The notes under the pieces are model-generated. The model was not told the origin of the DNA. It saw only the letters and a list, made by a program, of their open reading frames with translations, and made no database searches. The translations under genes were made by a program, and so were the position numbers. Of a DNA stretch of 64,000 nucleotides, positions 1 to 10,846 are shown piece by piece. How positions within the stretch are numbered: position 1 is the stretch's first letter; every line of letters begins with the position of its first letter. Source of the stretch: Planctomycetota bacterium (lineage in GTDB: Bacteria; Planctomycetota; UBA8108; SXIK01); contig CBDCXR010000004.1 in the NCBI GenBank assembly GCA_965223845.1, positions 2,016,001 to 2,080,000 on the forward strand. The letters are read 5' to 3'.

Positions 1-355
1 TCGCGATGGTCGCGACGACGAGCGAACAGAGGAAGATCGGATACATGAGCGGCCCGCCGCTCACGATGAGGTCGAAGACCGTCGGCGCCGCGGCGACGGC
101 GGTCTCGGCCGTGGGCGTTGCTCCGTCCGCTTCGCCCTGGGCGGCGAGGGGGAGAACCCACAGCGCCGCGAGGACGCCGAGGGCGACTTGGGCTAGGCGT
201 CCGCGCCAGGATCGGGATCCGTTCAGAGAACGGTCGTCTCGGAAGGTCTCTTCGTCGCAGTTTCTCGACGATTCCTCCGGAATCGCCCGCGGTTCGCTTC
301 GCGATGCCGATCGAGATGCCTCGTTTTCGAAGGCGGTGCGACAACGATTAGACAT
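1..355 (-). CDS. MotA/TolQ/ExbB proton channel family protein, 5' part (runs off the window edge)
   Basis: Not in the ORF track. The ATG at 355 overlaps the TPR gene stop (TGATG). Manual translation is open to the edge and ends '...TVFDLIVSGGPLMYPIFLCSLVVATIA', the typical ExbB/TolQ first-TM 'GGxxMxP' motif. Confidence 0.8.
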   Translation of the reverse strand, partial: MSNRCRTAFENEASRSASRSEPRAIPEESSRNCDEETFRDDRSLNGSRSWRGRLAQVALGVLAALWVLPLAAQGEADGATPTAETAVAAAPTVFDLIVSGGPLMYPIFLCSLVVATIA

Positions 356-3300
356 CAACGGGTCTCCAACTTTCGCAACCGCTCGGCGGCGAGCTTCGCC
401 TCATCGCCGTCCGGGTACTTCGCGGACACTTCGCGGTAGTACTCTTCCGCGCGACCGGGCTCGTCGAGCGCCTCGAAACAACCCGCGACCTGAAGGAGTG
501 CCTTCGCCGACCAGTCGTCGTAGGGATAGGTCGGCGGAATCTTGAGGAATTCGACCACGGCTTTCTTGTAGTCCTTCTTCGCGACGAGACATTGTCCGAT
601 CTGAAACTGTGCGCGAGCGCCGGTCGGCGTGTTCGTCGCGGCGACAACCGCACGATAAGACTTCTCGGCGGCGTCGATCGAGCCTTGGTTCTCGAGGCAC
701 CAGCCGAGCCCGAACTGCGCTCGATAGAGAACGTCGCTTTTCGGATACCGGCGCACAAATCCCGCGAAGATCTTCTGGCCCTCGGTGAACTTTCGATCCT
801 CGACGAGACACTCTCCGTAGCTGACGAGAGCGAGCTCCGTTTCCTTCGCCTCCGGAAACTGAGCGGCGATCGAACGGAACAGCTCGCCGGCCTTCGTCAC
901 CTGCTCGAGCGTGAGGAGAGACTTCGCCGCGAGAAACGCGATCTCAGGGTAGAGGTCGTTCTTCGTGTGTTTCGCCGCGAACGTCTCGAAGACTCCGACG
1001 GTGTCTTTCGGCTCGCCGAGCAGGTGGTGAGACCATGCGAGTCGGTAGAGAACGTCGGGCTGCTGCGCTCCGTCGAGATTCGCTAAGGGAGCGAGGAGCT
1101 TCTTCGTTTCCGCGTAGTTCTTCCGTTCAAACTCGAGCTCGGCGAGCTCGAGCTGCACGGTCCGTTGAAAGGCCTCACCGTCCGGTGCGCCCTTCTCTTC
1201 GAGCAGCTTGCGATAGGTCGCCGCCGCGTCGTCCGGCCTCTCGAGCCGCCGGTAGCACCACGCGATCTCGTAACGAACTCGGGCACGCTCGCTCGCGAGT
1301 GCCGGATCGTCGAGAAGCACGCTCAGCTCAGCGAGCGCCCGCTCCGCTTGACCCGACTTTGCGAGCGCTGCCGCCTCCTCGAGTCGAACTCGCCCGAGGC
1401 GCTCATCGTCCGGGAACTTCGTTTGAAATCGCTTCAGAATCGCCTGGGCCGCTTCATCGTCCCCTGCTTCACGAAGACAGAGTGCGAGTCGAAACGTCGC
1501 GTCGGCTTCAACCGCGCTTCCGGCGTGAGCGTCAACGATGCGCTGGAAGTAGCTCGCCGCGCGGCGTGGTTCGGAGGCGTCCTGTTCGATCGCTCCGAGA
1601 TAAAAGAGGGCGTGCGCCGCGAAGCTCGACTCGGGGTACGCATCGAGAAGCGCACCGAAATCCCGTTTGGCGGCACCGAAATCTTTCCGCTCGTAGGCGA
1701 TCTGACCGAGCTCGAAGGAGATGCGCTCGCGATAACGTGACTTCGGATTCTGTTCGAGCGCTTCCCGATACCGAGCGCGCGCGTCGTCGAATCGTTTCGC
1801 GAGCTGCGCGGCATGGCCGATCTTGAACGCGGCGTCGTCCGTTTGCTGCGCGAGCTCCGCGCGGTCGGACGCCGGAGCGCTTCGAATCACGGCGAGGTAC
1901 GAAGCGAGCTCCGTCGCGGCGCGGGCGTAGTCGCCGCTCTGGTAAGCCGCGTCGCCGAGATAGTAATGGTAGGAGCGCGCGAGCGGCGTCGCGGGGTTCC
2001 GCGGCGGCTTCAGATCGTCGAAGACGCGCACGGCCTCGGGGTAGCTTCCCTCCTGGTAGTAGGTCTGAGCGATGCGCATCCGCGTCTGAAACCGCGCCGC
2101 CGCATCGAGCGCATCTCCAGCTCGACTCAGGTACGCGCCGTAGGCCTGCCGGGCACCGGCGAAGTCGCCCATTTGAAAGCCGTTCTCGGCTTCGAGCTCG
2201 AGGACGTTTCCGAGATACTCACTCTCGGCGAACTTTCCGCGAAACGCCCGGCACGCCGCGCGCGACTGCGTCGGCTTTCCGCCGCGGTGGAGCGCGTAGG
2301 CCTCGAGGTAGCGAACGTGGTCGAGAGCAGAGTACTCCGGGCGCTTCGCGGCGAACGCAGCGAAGCGATCGGCGGCGAGCGCGAACTCTCCCGCGTTGAG
2401 CGCCGCCGAACCCAGTTCGAGCTCGAGCTCAGCGAGGATCGGACTCTCGGGGAAAGTCTCGATCGCCTTCGTGAGAACCCGCGTGGCCGAGGCCGCGTCG
2501 CTCTGTGCGAGCTCTCGCGCGAGCGCCAGACTCGCCTGGTCGCCGACGGCTTGCGAGTCGGTGAGATCGCCGAGGACCGCGATGGCGGCGTCCCGCGCGC
2601 CCTTCGCCGAGTGAGCGCGCGCGAGAAGGAGGCGCGCCTCGCCGAATCGCTCCGCGCGAGGGTAGCGCGCCGAAAAATCTTCGAGCGAGACGATTGCGGC
2701 GTCGTAGCGCTCCGTGCGAACGAGAGTTTTGCCGAGCCAAAAGAGCGCGGAACGCGCGTGCTCGCCGTCCTTTTTCTTCGCCAGGGATTCGAACAGGCCG
2801 ACCGCTTCGGCGTCGCGTCCCGATTCCGAGAGAAGGAGCGCCGCCATATAGGCCGAGTCCTCCTGGAAGGGACTCGCTCGAGACGAGGCGAGCTCGCGGA
2901 AGATCCCGAGCGAATCCGCGACGCTACGCTCGCTTCCTTCTCGGCGGAGTGACATCGCGAGATAGAATCGCGCGCGCTCGAGGTCGTCCGCCGAGGCCTT
3001 TCCTTCGCGGATGATTTCTCGATAGATCGACGCGGCCTCCGCGTGGCGATTGCCGACGTAGTGAGCCTCACCGAGCCCGAGCTGTGCCGCGGCGCGGTGG
3101 GCTGCGTTCTTCGCGTTCTCGGCGGACCAGCGGAACGCCTTTACGGCGTTTCGCTCATCGCCGGACGCCAGCAGACACTGCCCGAGAAGACGCGTCGCTT
3201 CCGCGCGCCGGCTGAAGCGCCGATTCCGGATCGCGTCCTTCAGGTAGCGAATCCCCGCTCGGAGGTGCTTGTCGCGCCTCGCCTTCGCCGGCTCGGACTC

Positions 3301-3642
3301 GGCGGCCTTCTCGTCGGCGGTGGCGAGCTTGTAGTGGCAGAGCGCAACGGCGTACTGAGCGAGCGCGAGGTCGCCGAACTTCGGATTCTCGGCGAGAAAC
3401 TTCTCGTACTCGGGGATAGCGAGATCGTAGAGCCCGCGATTGAAGAGAAAATTGATCTGGAGGAACTTCCGGCGTACGGGGTCGCTCTTTTCGGCCGCGG
3501 CGTCCGACCGTTCCTGTGCAGTCAGCGGCGAGCCGGACGCCGACGCCAAGAGGGTCACGACGATCGCAACGACGGAGTACGCAAGGGACAGACGAGAGGT
3601 GAGCCTCGTTCCCTTGGCTCGAAAGCTGGGGAGATAGCGCAT
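355..3642 (-). CDS. Large exported tetratricopeptide-repeat protein (CpoB/YbgF/BamD-like repeats)
   Basis: Likely ATG at 3642 (MRYLPSF...), then a hydrophobic signal region and many TPR-like repeats ('A.F.LG......Y..A...F......YP.S'). Translationally coupled to the ExbB/TolQ gene. Confidence 0.85.
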   Translation of the reverse strand: MRYLPSFRAKGTRLTSRLSLAYSVVAIVVTLLASASGSPLTAQERSDAAAEKSDPVRRKFLQINFLFNRGLYDLAIPEYEKFLAENPKFGDLALAQYAVALCHYKLATADEKAAESEPAKARRDKHLRAGIRYLKDAIRNRRFSRRAEATRLLGQCLLASGDERNAVKAFRWSAENAKNAAHRAAAQLGLGEAHYVGNRHAEAASIYREIIREGKASADDLERARFYLAMSLRREGSERSVADSLGIFRELASSRASPFQEDSAYMAALLLSESGRDAEAVGLFESLAKKKDGEHARSALFWLGKTLVRTERYDAAIVSLEDFSARYPRAERFGEARLLLARAHSAKGARDAAIAVLGDLTDSQAVGDQASLALARELAQSDAASATRVLTKAIETFPESPILAELELELGSAALNAGEFALAADRFAAFAAKRPEYSALDHVRYLEAYALHRGGKPTQSRAACRAFRGKFAESEYLGNVLELEAENGFQMGDFAGARQAYGAYLSRAGDALDAAARFQTRMRIAQTYYQEGSYPEAVRVFDDLKPPRNPATPLARSYHYYLGDAAYQSGDYARAATELASYLAVIRSAPASDRAELAQQTDDAAFKIGHAAQLAKRFDDARARYREALEQNPKSRYRERISFELGQIAYERKDFGAAKRDFGALLDAYPESSFAAHALFYLGAIEQDASEPRRAASYFQRIVDAHAGSAVEADATFRLALCLREAGDDEAAQAILKRFQTKFPDDERLGRVRLEEAAALAKSGQAERALAELSVLLDDPALASERARVRYEIAWCYRRLERPDDAAATYRKLLEEKGAPDGEAFQRTVQLELAELEFERKNYAETKKLLAPLANLDGAQQPDVLYRLAWSHHLLGEPKDTVGVFETFAAKHTKNDLYPEIAFLAAKSLLTLEQVTKAGELFRSIAAQFPEAKETELALVSYGECLVEDRKFTEGQKIFAGFVRRYPKSDVLYRAQFGLGWCLENQGSIDAAEKSYRAVVAATNTPTGARAQFQIGQCLVAKKDYKKAVVEFLKIPPTYPYDDWSAKALLQVAGCFEALDEPGRAEEYYREVSAKYPDGDEAKLAAERLRKLETR

Positions 3643-3997
3643 GGCTCGAGGGGAATCGCGGGGCTGGGGGCGCGGGCGGGAAGAAGGACGAGGGCGGCCC
3701 CGTTCCCGTACCGCTTCCACGGACGGAAGCGAGGACGTAGTCACCGGCGAGTATAGGGGGCCGCGGCGAGGCAAGGTAGCCCTTTTTTCAGGGTCGACGC
3801 CGGTACGTGCACGCCGGCTCGGCATCAACTTCCGTACCGTTTCGCGGGCTGCCGATGGGTTCACGGATCCAACGGCCGATCGCGAGCGAGCGGTGCCGCT
3901 CTGCGACCCGACGCTTGTCTCGTTCTTGGACGATCGCTCCTACTCGGACCGACCTTCGTCAGTTCGGCGTGTCGATTCCGTCCCGCGGGATCGTGCT

Positions 3998-5995
3998 TCA
4001 GCACGCGTCGTAGAAGCACGCCGCGAGAGTATCGCCGCTCGGATCTGGTCCGCAGTCGAGGTTTCCGGGGATCGCCGGCGGTGCGCCGTCGCCGAAGAGA
4101 AAATTGAGGAGGTTGATCGGATCGGCGATGTTCACTCCGCCGCTGTCGTCGACGTCCGCAGCGTCCGGACAGTCGAGTTGATCGGCGCCCCCGCCGAAGA
4201 GAAAGTTGAGGACGCCGATCGCGTCCGCGATGTTCGCCGTTCCCGTGCTGTCCGCGTCGCCGCGACGAAAGAGGACCTCGCCGCACGATCCGAACTCCGG
4301 CGGGACGACGCCTTCGACGTAAGCGATCAGATCGAGCTCGAGATCCGCGTCACCGCCGGGGTCGGGGATTCCGATCGTGAGATACGTGCCGGACGGCGCG
4401 CCGAAGTCGACGACCGGCGCTTGGAGAGCGACTCCCGTTCCCGTTCCGATTCGAGTCACGGCGGTAGCCGAGCCGTTCAGATAGACGGTGAGATCGTAGG
4501 AGTCGTCGGCTTCGGGATCCTCGATCGTCACCCAGAGCGACCAAAACCGATCGATGTCGGCACCGTCGAGAGTCGTCGCCGGGGCCGTGCTGAGCTGGAG
4601 CGCACCGACGGACTGTAGCGCGAACGAGAGCGACGCCGGAGCGCCGCCTTCCGTCGCGACGGTGCCGTCGTCGACGAAGAGCGCGCCGACGTGTCCGACG
4701 CCCTGAACGAGGGAGCTCCCGTCGCCCATCGGTTGTGCGTCGAGAAAGCTAGGCGACTCGACAGCCGGCCGGACGCGCCACCGCACTGCGAAGGTGAGGC
4801 CATCGCGGAGCAGATTCCGCGACTCGTTCCCGATGGGAAGTCCGAAGAGCAGGCTCCGGTTGTTCGGTGATGTGAACGCCTCGGGGAACTCCGTCGCGAG
4901 ACTTCCGGCCGGCGCGGAAGTGTTTCCAGGGTTCACGAGACGGAGCACGCTCGCCCTTGTCCGGCACGCGGAACCTCCCGCGACGGACGAGAGCGCCAAG
5001 CCTCCGGGAGCGGCACCGTCCGGCGCAGCCCCGATGTCGTCCGGGGCGCTGCCGTCCCATTCGTCGCGATTGATCGCGCGCACCCAACGGCCGTCGAGGT
5101 TGCCCGGTTCGCCCGCCACCGGATTGAACCGCAACTCCCCAAACGAGAACTCCGTCGCGTAGTCCCAACCGCCGGGCGGCGAGGGAAACGGGCCGAGCTC
5201 CGCGAACGGAAGCGAGATCGTGCAGGTCGCATCGCAGGCCGCTCCGACTTCGTATCCCGCCGGAGAGATCGGAAAAAACTCGTACGTGTGCGGCTCGCCC
5301 GCGACCAAGACCGTTTCGAGATCGACGAACTCGAGTGCGGCGGCATCCGCGGCGTCTGCGATGACGACACCGTCGCGTTCGATCCGAACGCTCGTCCACG
5401 TCTTCACGATGTTGTCCCAGGAAATCCGCACGCGAGGGACGCCGCCGACGTCGACGATCTCGCAGGCGAAGCTCTCTGGGCAGAGCGACGCGGCGCAGCG
5501 GATCGTGCAGGTCGTCTCGTCGGCGAAGCGGAAGGTGACGCTGTAATCGGTATCGTCCTCCCCTTCATCGGACTCGACGTCGGGATCGTCGTAGGACGTC
5601 GCACCCGCGGGCAGAGTCGCGAGGAGAGCACCTTCGCGCCGGACCTCGATCTCGGTCGCGGCCGGGATCGGGTCCCACGTGAGCATCGCCTGCGTGCGCT
5701 CGTCCGCGCCGATGCTGAGCACACACGCGAGCGCGTCCGGGGAGCGATCGGTGCAGTCAATGACGCAGCTCGCCGAGCACTCGGATCCGGGAAGACGGCC
5801 GACGACTTCGTAGAGATTGTCCCGATCTCCCGGGTCGAGGTCGACGACGCTCGTCGTCGTGCCGGCGAACGGCGAGCCGTCGATCGGCTCACCGTTTCGG
5901 AGCACGACGAACTCATCGAACGTGCGGGGGTTCCAGTCGATCACAACGGAGTCGTTCGCCAGGTCGTAGCGACACGCGAGACCGTCGATCGAGCA
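3998..5995 (-). CDS. C-terminal part of a frameshifted secreted protein: Cys-bracketed FN3-like modules, beta-sandwich region, C-terminal dockerin-like domain
   Basis: ORF 3998..6118 is protein-like only from 'CSIDGLAC' (5995). It ends 'FRRGDADSTGTANIADAIGVLNFLF...CPDAADVDDSGGVNIADPINLLNFLF...C'. Confidence 0.75.
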   Translation of the reverse strand, partial: CSIDGLACRYDLANDSVVIDWNPRTFDEFVVLRNGEPIDGSPFAGTTTSVVDLDPGDRDNLYEVVGRLPGSECSASCVIDCTDRSPDALACVLSIGADERTQAMLTWDPIPAATEIEVRREGALLATLPAGATSYDDPDVESDEGEDDTDYSVTFRFADETTCTIRCAASLCPESFACEIVDVGGVPRVRISWDNIVKTWTSVRIERDGVVIADAADAAALEFVDLETVLVAGEPHTYEFFPISPAGYEVGAACDATCTISLPFAELGPFPSPPGGWDYATEFSFGELRFNPVAGEPGNLDGRWVRAINRDEWDGSAPDDIGAAPDGAAPGGLALSSVAGGSACRTRASVLRLVNPGNTSAPAGSLATEFPEAFTSPNNRSLLFGLPIGNESRNLLRDGLTFAVRWRVRPAVESPSFLDAQPMGDGSSLVQGVGHVGALFVDDGTVATEGGAPASLSFALQSVGALQLSTAPATTLDGADIDRFWSLWVTIEDPEADDSYDLTVYLNGSATAVTRIGTGTGVALQAPVVDFGAPSGTYLTIGIPDPGGDADLELDLIAYVEGVVPPEFGSCGEVLFRRGDADSTGTANIADAIGVLNFLFGGGADQLDCPDAADVDDSGGVNIADPINLLNFLFGDGAPPAIPGNLDCGPDPSGDTLAACFYDAC

Positions 5996-7388
5996 TGTTC
6001 GCATCGAGCGCCGGAAGGAGCGAGAGATCGGAGCTCGATAGCGTCGCGTTGTGAACTTCGACCGCGAGCACGTTGTCGCCGCTCCGGATGAGTTCGGGTG
6101 GAACGTTGAACATCTCAACCGTTCCGGCCTCTCGCGCGAAGGTCGCGGGCGCGTCGAACGGGACGGGGTCGCCGGCGCTCCCGAGATTCGTCGAGCGCGC
6201 GACCTCCTCGCCGTTCAAGTACGCGACGAAGCTGTCGTCGTAATCGATGAAGAGCGTCAAATTCCCGACGCGGCTCGCGTCCGGAAGGGCGAAGGTACTT
6301 CGGCAAAACACCGCGAAGTACCCGTCCTCCATATCATCGAGGATCGTCGCATCGTCGCCGTCGCCGTAGCCGATGCCGGTTGGACCGGCGGCCCAGCCGG
6401 CATCGTCGAAGGATCGCTCCGCCCAGTCGACGGGGGGAGCCTCGGTCCCCTTTAGGTACCGCCACTCGTCGCCAACCACGACGAGAGCGATCGTCGACGA
6501 AGGAGTGCACTCGATCGGAGGACAATCGACGCCGTCGACTCGCGCGATCACCTCGTATCGACTCGAAAAGTCACCGGGCTCGAAGTCATCCGCCGCCGTC
6601 GCTGCACCCGCGAACGGGGAACCCGCGATCTCAGCGCCGTCGCGCAGCACGCGAATCGACTCGTAGGCGACCGCGTCGGAATTCGTCCACTCGAGCGAAA
6701 CTCGATCGCCGCGCGCCGTGCACGCGAGATCGGTCGGGCAAATCAGCACCGGATCGTCGAGAGCGAGACGCGCGTTGAACGACAGGTCCGAGCTGTTGAG
6801 CGCCACGTTGAGGAGATGGACCGCGATCGTGTTCGTACCGAGCTCGAACGCACCGAGCGCCGGAGTGAGATCGATGAGTTCGGGCCCCGTCGCCTCGTGC
6901 CCCATGGCGGCAACCGCATCGTAGGCGAGATCAGGCTCCGTCCCGGCGTTCCTCCGAACGACCTCGGTTCCGTTTACGTAGAGGACAAAGCCGTCGTCGT
7001 AGTCGACCGAGAGCACCGCGGCGAAGACTTCGGCGAGGCTCCCGACGTCGACCGTTCGCCGGAGGTAGACCGTTGTGTAATTCCCCTCCATGTCGTCGAG
7101 GAGCGTCGCGTCGTCGGCGTCGGCATAGCCGATCCCGGTCTCTCCGACGAGCCAGCCGGAGTCGTCGAAGTCTGGCTCGCGCCAGGCATTCGGCGGATCG
7201 GACGGCGGCTCCCGGCCCGGGAGGTAGCTCCACTCCGCGCCGAAATCGAAGAGGACCTCTTGCGCCGCGAGCGGTGAACGAACCGCTCCGATCGCGAGCG
7301 CGACGAAGCCCAGGACGACGGGGCCGAGCGCGATCGCCGTGGCCCGCGCTGCGGACGCTCGACGAGAGCCGATGCTGCGAATACTCAT
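5913..7388 (-). CDS. N-terminal part of a frameshifted secreted protein with two galactose-binding-like repeats
   Basis: Signal peptide (…PLAA/QEV). Two copies of 'W.Y..G...P...W....FDD..W..G..GIGY.D.DDAT.LDDM...Y'. The frame stops looking protein-like after 'LPALDAN' (~5997). Confidence 0.8.
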   Translation of the reverse strand: MSIRSIGSRRASAARATAIALGPVVLGFVALAIGAVRSPLAAQEVLFDFGAEWSYLPGREPPSDPPNAWREPDFDDSGWLVGETGIGYADADDATLLDDMEGNYTTVYLRRTVDVGSLAEVFAAVLSVDYDDGFVLYVNGTEVVRRNAGTEPDLAYDAVAAMGHEATGPELIDLTPALGAFELGTNTIAVHLLNVALNSSDLSFNARLALDDPVLICPTDLACTARGDRVSLEWTNSDAVAYESIRVLRDGAEIAGSPFAGAATAADDFEPGDFSSRYEVIARVDGVDCPPIECTPSSTIALVVVGDEWRYLKGTEAPPVDWAERSFDDAGWAAGPTGIGYGDGDDATILDDMEDGYFAVFCRSTFALPDASRVGNLTLFIDYDDSFVAYLNGEEVARSTNLGSAGDPVPFDAPATFAREAGTVEMFNVPPELIRSGDNVLAVEVHNATLSSSDLSLLPALDANMLDRRSRVSLRPGERLRCDRLEPPHVR

Positions 7389-7618
7389 GGATCCCTCTCT
7401 TCAGAGTCGATGGGCCGGGAGGGATCCGCTCGAGCAGCAGGCACACGCAGCCCCGACGCGGCACCCGGGGAGATCCGGGCGCTCACGCAGTACCACGCGA
7501 ACTCGGAGGTTTGAGCCAGACCCTCGCCCAACCCTGGCGAGAAGGCGGCTATCTTAGCTCGAGACTCGCGCGCTTTCAGCAGACGACCGGGGCGCGCCCC
7601 GAGGCGCGGAGTCCGCCG

Positions 7619-8353
7619 TCAGGGGCGATCGGCGGCCTCGCCGGCCGACTCCGCCGCGCGGACCGAATCCGGCGCGGCGTCGACCGCCGCGGGGGTGGGC
7701 TGGGCGAGACGCGCCAGGCGCGACCGTGCGCCGACCGCGAAGCGCGATTCGGCGTGCCGAGTGAGGAATGCTTCGTAGGCCTCGACCGTGTCGGCGCTCG
7801 TCGCCGCGAGAAAATCGATTCTTGCGAGTGCGGCTTCAGCGTCGCCTGCGTGAGTGCTGCGAGGAAACTCGATGAGAAATCGCTCGAGCGCGTGTCGCGA
7901 GTTCGTCTTGACCGCGGCGCGGTAGGCGAGTTCCTCGAGACGCGCGCGCGCGTCTCGCCGGTACGTGTTGCCGGGGTACTCGCGCAGAAACTCGCGATAC
8001 GCCTTCGCCGTGTCGGCCTCGACGGCGGCGCGATAGGCGAGCCGCACGCGCTCGGTGCGTGCGGCTTCGGCGAAGCGTCCGCGCGGAAACTCCCGCAGGT
8101 ACTCATCCACCGCCTCGGGCGTGCCCTTTGCGACTCGCGTCTCGAAGAAGATGCGCTCGACGTGGTCGTAGGCCTCGTCCGAATACCGCCCGTTCGGGTA
8201 CTTGACGAGGTGCTGACGAAACGCGCCGATCGTGTTCGTCGAGACGGCGCGATAGAACGAATGGCGTTCGGCGCAGGAAACGAAGAGGAGACAGCCGATG
8301 AGCGATACCGCTCCGAGAAGTCGCCGGTAGAGGGGGCGCGAGTGCTTCGACAT
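7619..8353 (-). CDS. Lipoprotein with five ~31-aa helical repeats (BamD/TPR-like)
   Basis: ATG at 8353, lipobox-like 'LFVSC', repeats of 'T..AY..FL..YP...Y...A'. Confidence 0.75.
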   Translation of the reverse strand: MSKHSRPLYRRLLGAVSLIGCLLFVSCAERHSFYRAVSTNTIGAFRQHLVKYPNGRYSDEAYDHVERIFFETRVAKGTPEAVDEYLREFPRGRFAEAARTERVRLAYRAAVEADTAKAYREFLREYPGNTYRRDARARLEELAYRAAVKTNSRHALERFLIEFPRSTHAGDAEAALARIDFLAATSADTVEAYEAFLTRHAESRFAVGARSRLARLAQPTPAAVDAAPDSVRAAESAGEAADRP

Positions 8354-8768
8354 GCTTGGCCTTTCGGGATTCCGGTTCGCGAGGGGACCTGCGAGGCTTC
8401 CGCTGCATCCGCGGCGCGTGGACCGCGTGCGAGCGCCGCCTCCGTCCGAGAATGCAGCGCTACTGGAATATCGGCTGAATGGAGCGCGATCTGTGACCCT
8501 CGCCCCCTGCGAGGGCCCGCTGCTCCTCCGCAAGGGCCAGGGTCGCGGCCGGCTCGACGTTACCGGTCCGATTCGAACCCCTGCCGACGGAACAGAAGCC
8601 GGAGAGCCATCGCCGGCCGATCTTGGTAAAGTGGGAGGCTTCTCTCGAATCCGCTCGACCGCGATGGCCGCATGACCGAGCGACCCTGACGCCGACTCTC
8701 GCCCCGTCGCTTTGGCCCGAGCCGGACCGTTTCGACACTCTCAGCCCCCTTCTCGGGGGGACGCAGAC

Positions 8769-10181
8769 ATGGCAAAGCATCTCCTGCAGAAAGTCTGGGA
8801 CGCCCACACCGTTCGCCAGCTCCCGAACGGCCAAACCCAGCTCTTCATCGGCCTCCATCTCATTCACGAAGTGACAAGCCCGCAGGCGTTCGAGGATCTC
8901 CGTCGCCGCGGCCTCCGCGTGCGCCATCCGGAGCGGACGTTCGCCACCGTCGACCACATCGTTCCGACGGACGGGGTGGCTCGCCCCTTCGCCGACTCGC
9001 TCGCCGAGGAGATGATGGTCGCGATCGAGGAAAACTGTCGCGAGTCCGGAGTCTCGCTTTTCAATCTCGCCGACCCTCGGCAAGGCGTCGTCCACGTCGT
9101 CGGCCCCGAGCAGGGACTCACGCAACCCGGCATGACGATCGCGTGCGGGGACAGTCACACCTCGACTCACGGAGCGTTCGGCGCGATCGCGTTCGGCATT
9201 GGAACGAGCCAAGTGCGAGACATTCTCGCGTCGCAGTGCATGGCGATCGATCCGCTGAAGGTCCGGCGCATCGAGGTCAACGGGGCGCTTGCTCCGGGGG
9301 TTTACGCCAAGGACGTGATCCTCGCGATCATCCATCGACTCGGGGTCCAAGGCGGCGTCGGCTACGCGTACGAGTACGCCGGCAGCGCGATCGACGCGAT
9401 GTCGATGGAAGAGCGCATGTCGGTCTGCAATATGTCGATCGAAGGCGGCGCACGCGTCGGTTACGTAAATCCGGACGAGACCACGTTCGACTATCTCGAG
9501 GGACGTCCCCACGCGCCGACCGGCGCGGCGTGGGAGCGCGCGGTCGAGTGGTGGCGATCGATGGCGTCCGACGCGGAGGCGAGCTACGACGACGTCGTGC
9601 GGCTCGCGGCGGAGGACATTCGCCCGGTCGTCACCTGGGGGATCCACCCCGGGCAGTCGGTCCCCGTCGACAGCACGCTCCCGGATCCTCGCACCGCGGG
9701 AGCGGAGGCGTCGGGCATCGAGGAGGCGCTCGCGTTCATGGAGTTCTCGGCGGGACAGAAGATCGCCGGAACGAAAGTCGACGTCGCGTTTATCGGCTCG
9801 TGCACGAACGGTCGCATCTCCGATCTCCGCGAGGCGGCGCGCGTCGTCCGCGGTCGCCGCGTGGCGCGGGGGGTCAAGGCGCTCGCCGTCCCGGGCTCGC
9901 AGCAAGTTCGAGCACAGGCGGAAGCCGAGGGCATCGACGAGATCCTCCGCGAAGCGGGATTCGAATGGCGCGGTGCCGGCTGCTCGATGTGTCTCGCAAT
10001 GAATCCGGACAAGCTGAGTGGACGCCAGATTTGCGCGTCCAGCTCCAATCGGAACTTCAAGGGCCGGCAGGGCAGCCCGACCGGGCGAACTCTACTGATG
10101 TCGCCGGCCATGGTGGCCGCCGCCGCCGTGACGGGCGCAGTCACCGATGTGCGTGAGCTCCTCGAGGAGGTGGCGGTATGA
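8769..10181 (+). CDS. leuC: 3-isopropylmalate dehydratase large subunit
   Basis: Motifs [49 protein letters not shown]. Confidence 0.97.
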   Translation: MAKHLLQKVWDAHTVRQLPNGQTQLFIGLHLIHEVTSPQAFEDLRRRGLRVRHPERTFATVDHIVPTDGVARPFADSLAEEMMVAIEENCRESGVSLFNLADPRQGVVHVVGPEQGLTQPGMTIACGDSHTSTHGAFGAIAFGIGTSQVRDILASQCMAIDPLKVRRIEVNGALAPGVYAKDVILAIIHRLGVQGGVGYAYEYAGSAIDAMSMEERMSVCNMSIEGGARVGYVNPDETTFDYLEGRPHAPTGAAWERAVEWWRSMASDAEASYDDVVRLAAEDIRPVVTWGIHPGQSVPVDSTLPDPRTAGAEASGIEEALAFMEFSAGQKIAGTKVDVAFIGSCTNGRISDLREAARVVRGRRVARGVKALAVPGSQQVRAQAEAEGIDEILREAGFEWRGAGCSMCLAMNPDKLSGRQICASSSNRNFKGRQGSPTGRTLLMSPAMVAAAAVTGAVTDVRELLEEVAV

Positions 10182-10801
10182 CGGCGAACGAAGAATCGAG
10201 GTGCATCTCCTCGATCACGGCGCGCGGAGTCGCCGTACGCGGCGACGATATCGATACCGATCGGATCATCCCGGCTCGCTTTCTTCGCTGCGTGACGTTC
10301 GAAGGGCTCGGAGAGCACGCGTTCGAAGACGACCGGAAGGCGCTCGGCGGGAAGCACCCGTTCGACGACCCGCGCTTTGCAGGGGCGGGAATCCTCGTCG
10401 CCGGGAGCAACTTCGGCTGCGGATCTTCACGCGAACACGCGCCGCAGAGTCTGATGCGGTGGGGGATCGGGGGGATCGTCGGCGAATCGTTCGCCGAGAT
10501 CTTCTTCGGGAACTGCGTGTCGCTCGGCATTCCCTGCGTGCCCCTCTCCCGCGCGGAAATCGCCGCGATCCAGGACGAGGTCGAGCGCACGCCGAGTGGC
10601 GAGATCACGATCGATATCGAGTCGAGCGAAGTTCGCACACCGTCCGCGACCTACTCGGCGACGATTCCTTCCGGAGTACGGAAGGGGTTTCTCGACGGCA
10701 CGTGGGACGCGACGGGACTCCTCTGCGCCGGTCCCGACGAAGTGGCGCGAGTCGCCGCCAGCCTTCCCTACGTGGACGGATTCACGGACGGCCGCGACTA
10801 A
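10178..10801 (+). CDS. leuD: 3-isopropylmalate dehydratase small subunit
   Basis: Motifs [37 protein letters not shown] overlap with leuC. Confidence 0.96.
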   Translation: MTANEESRCISSITARGVAVRGDDIDTDRIIPARFLRCVTFEGLGEHAFEDDRKALGGKHPFDDPRFAGAGILVAGSNFGCGSSREHAPQSLMRWGIGGIVGESFAEIFFGNCVSLGIPCVPLSRAEIAAIQDEVERTPSGEITIDIESSEVRTPSATYSATIPSGVRKGFLDGTWDATGLLCAGPDEVARVAASLPYVDGFTDGRD

Positions 10802-10846
10802 TTCGGCCGGCTCGCGGAGGCGGAACCCCGTGGAGCGGAGGATCGC

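Noticed and set aside
5985-6010. Programmed frameshift or phase variation at the split gene
   Set aside because: No slippery heptamer, homopolymer or short repeat tract at the junction.
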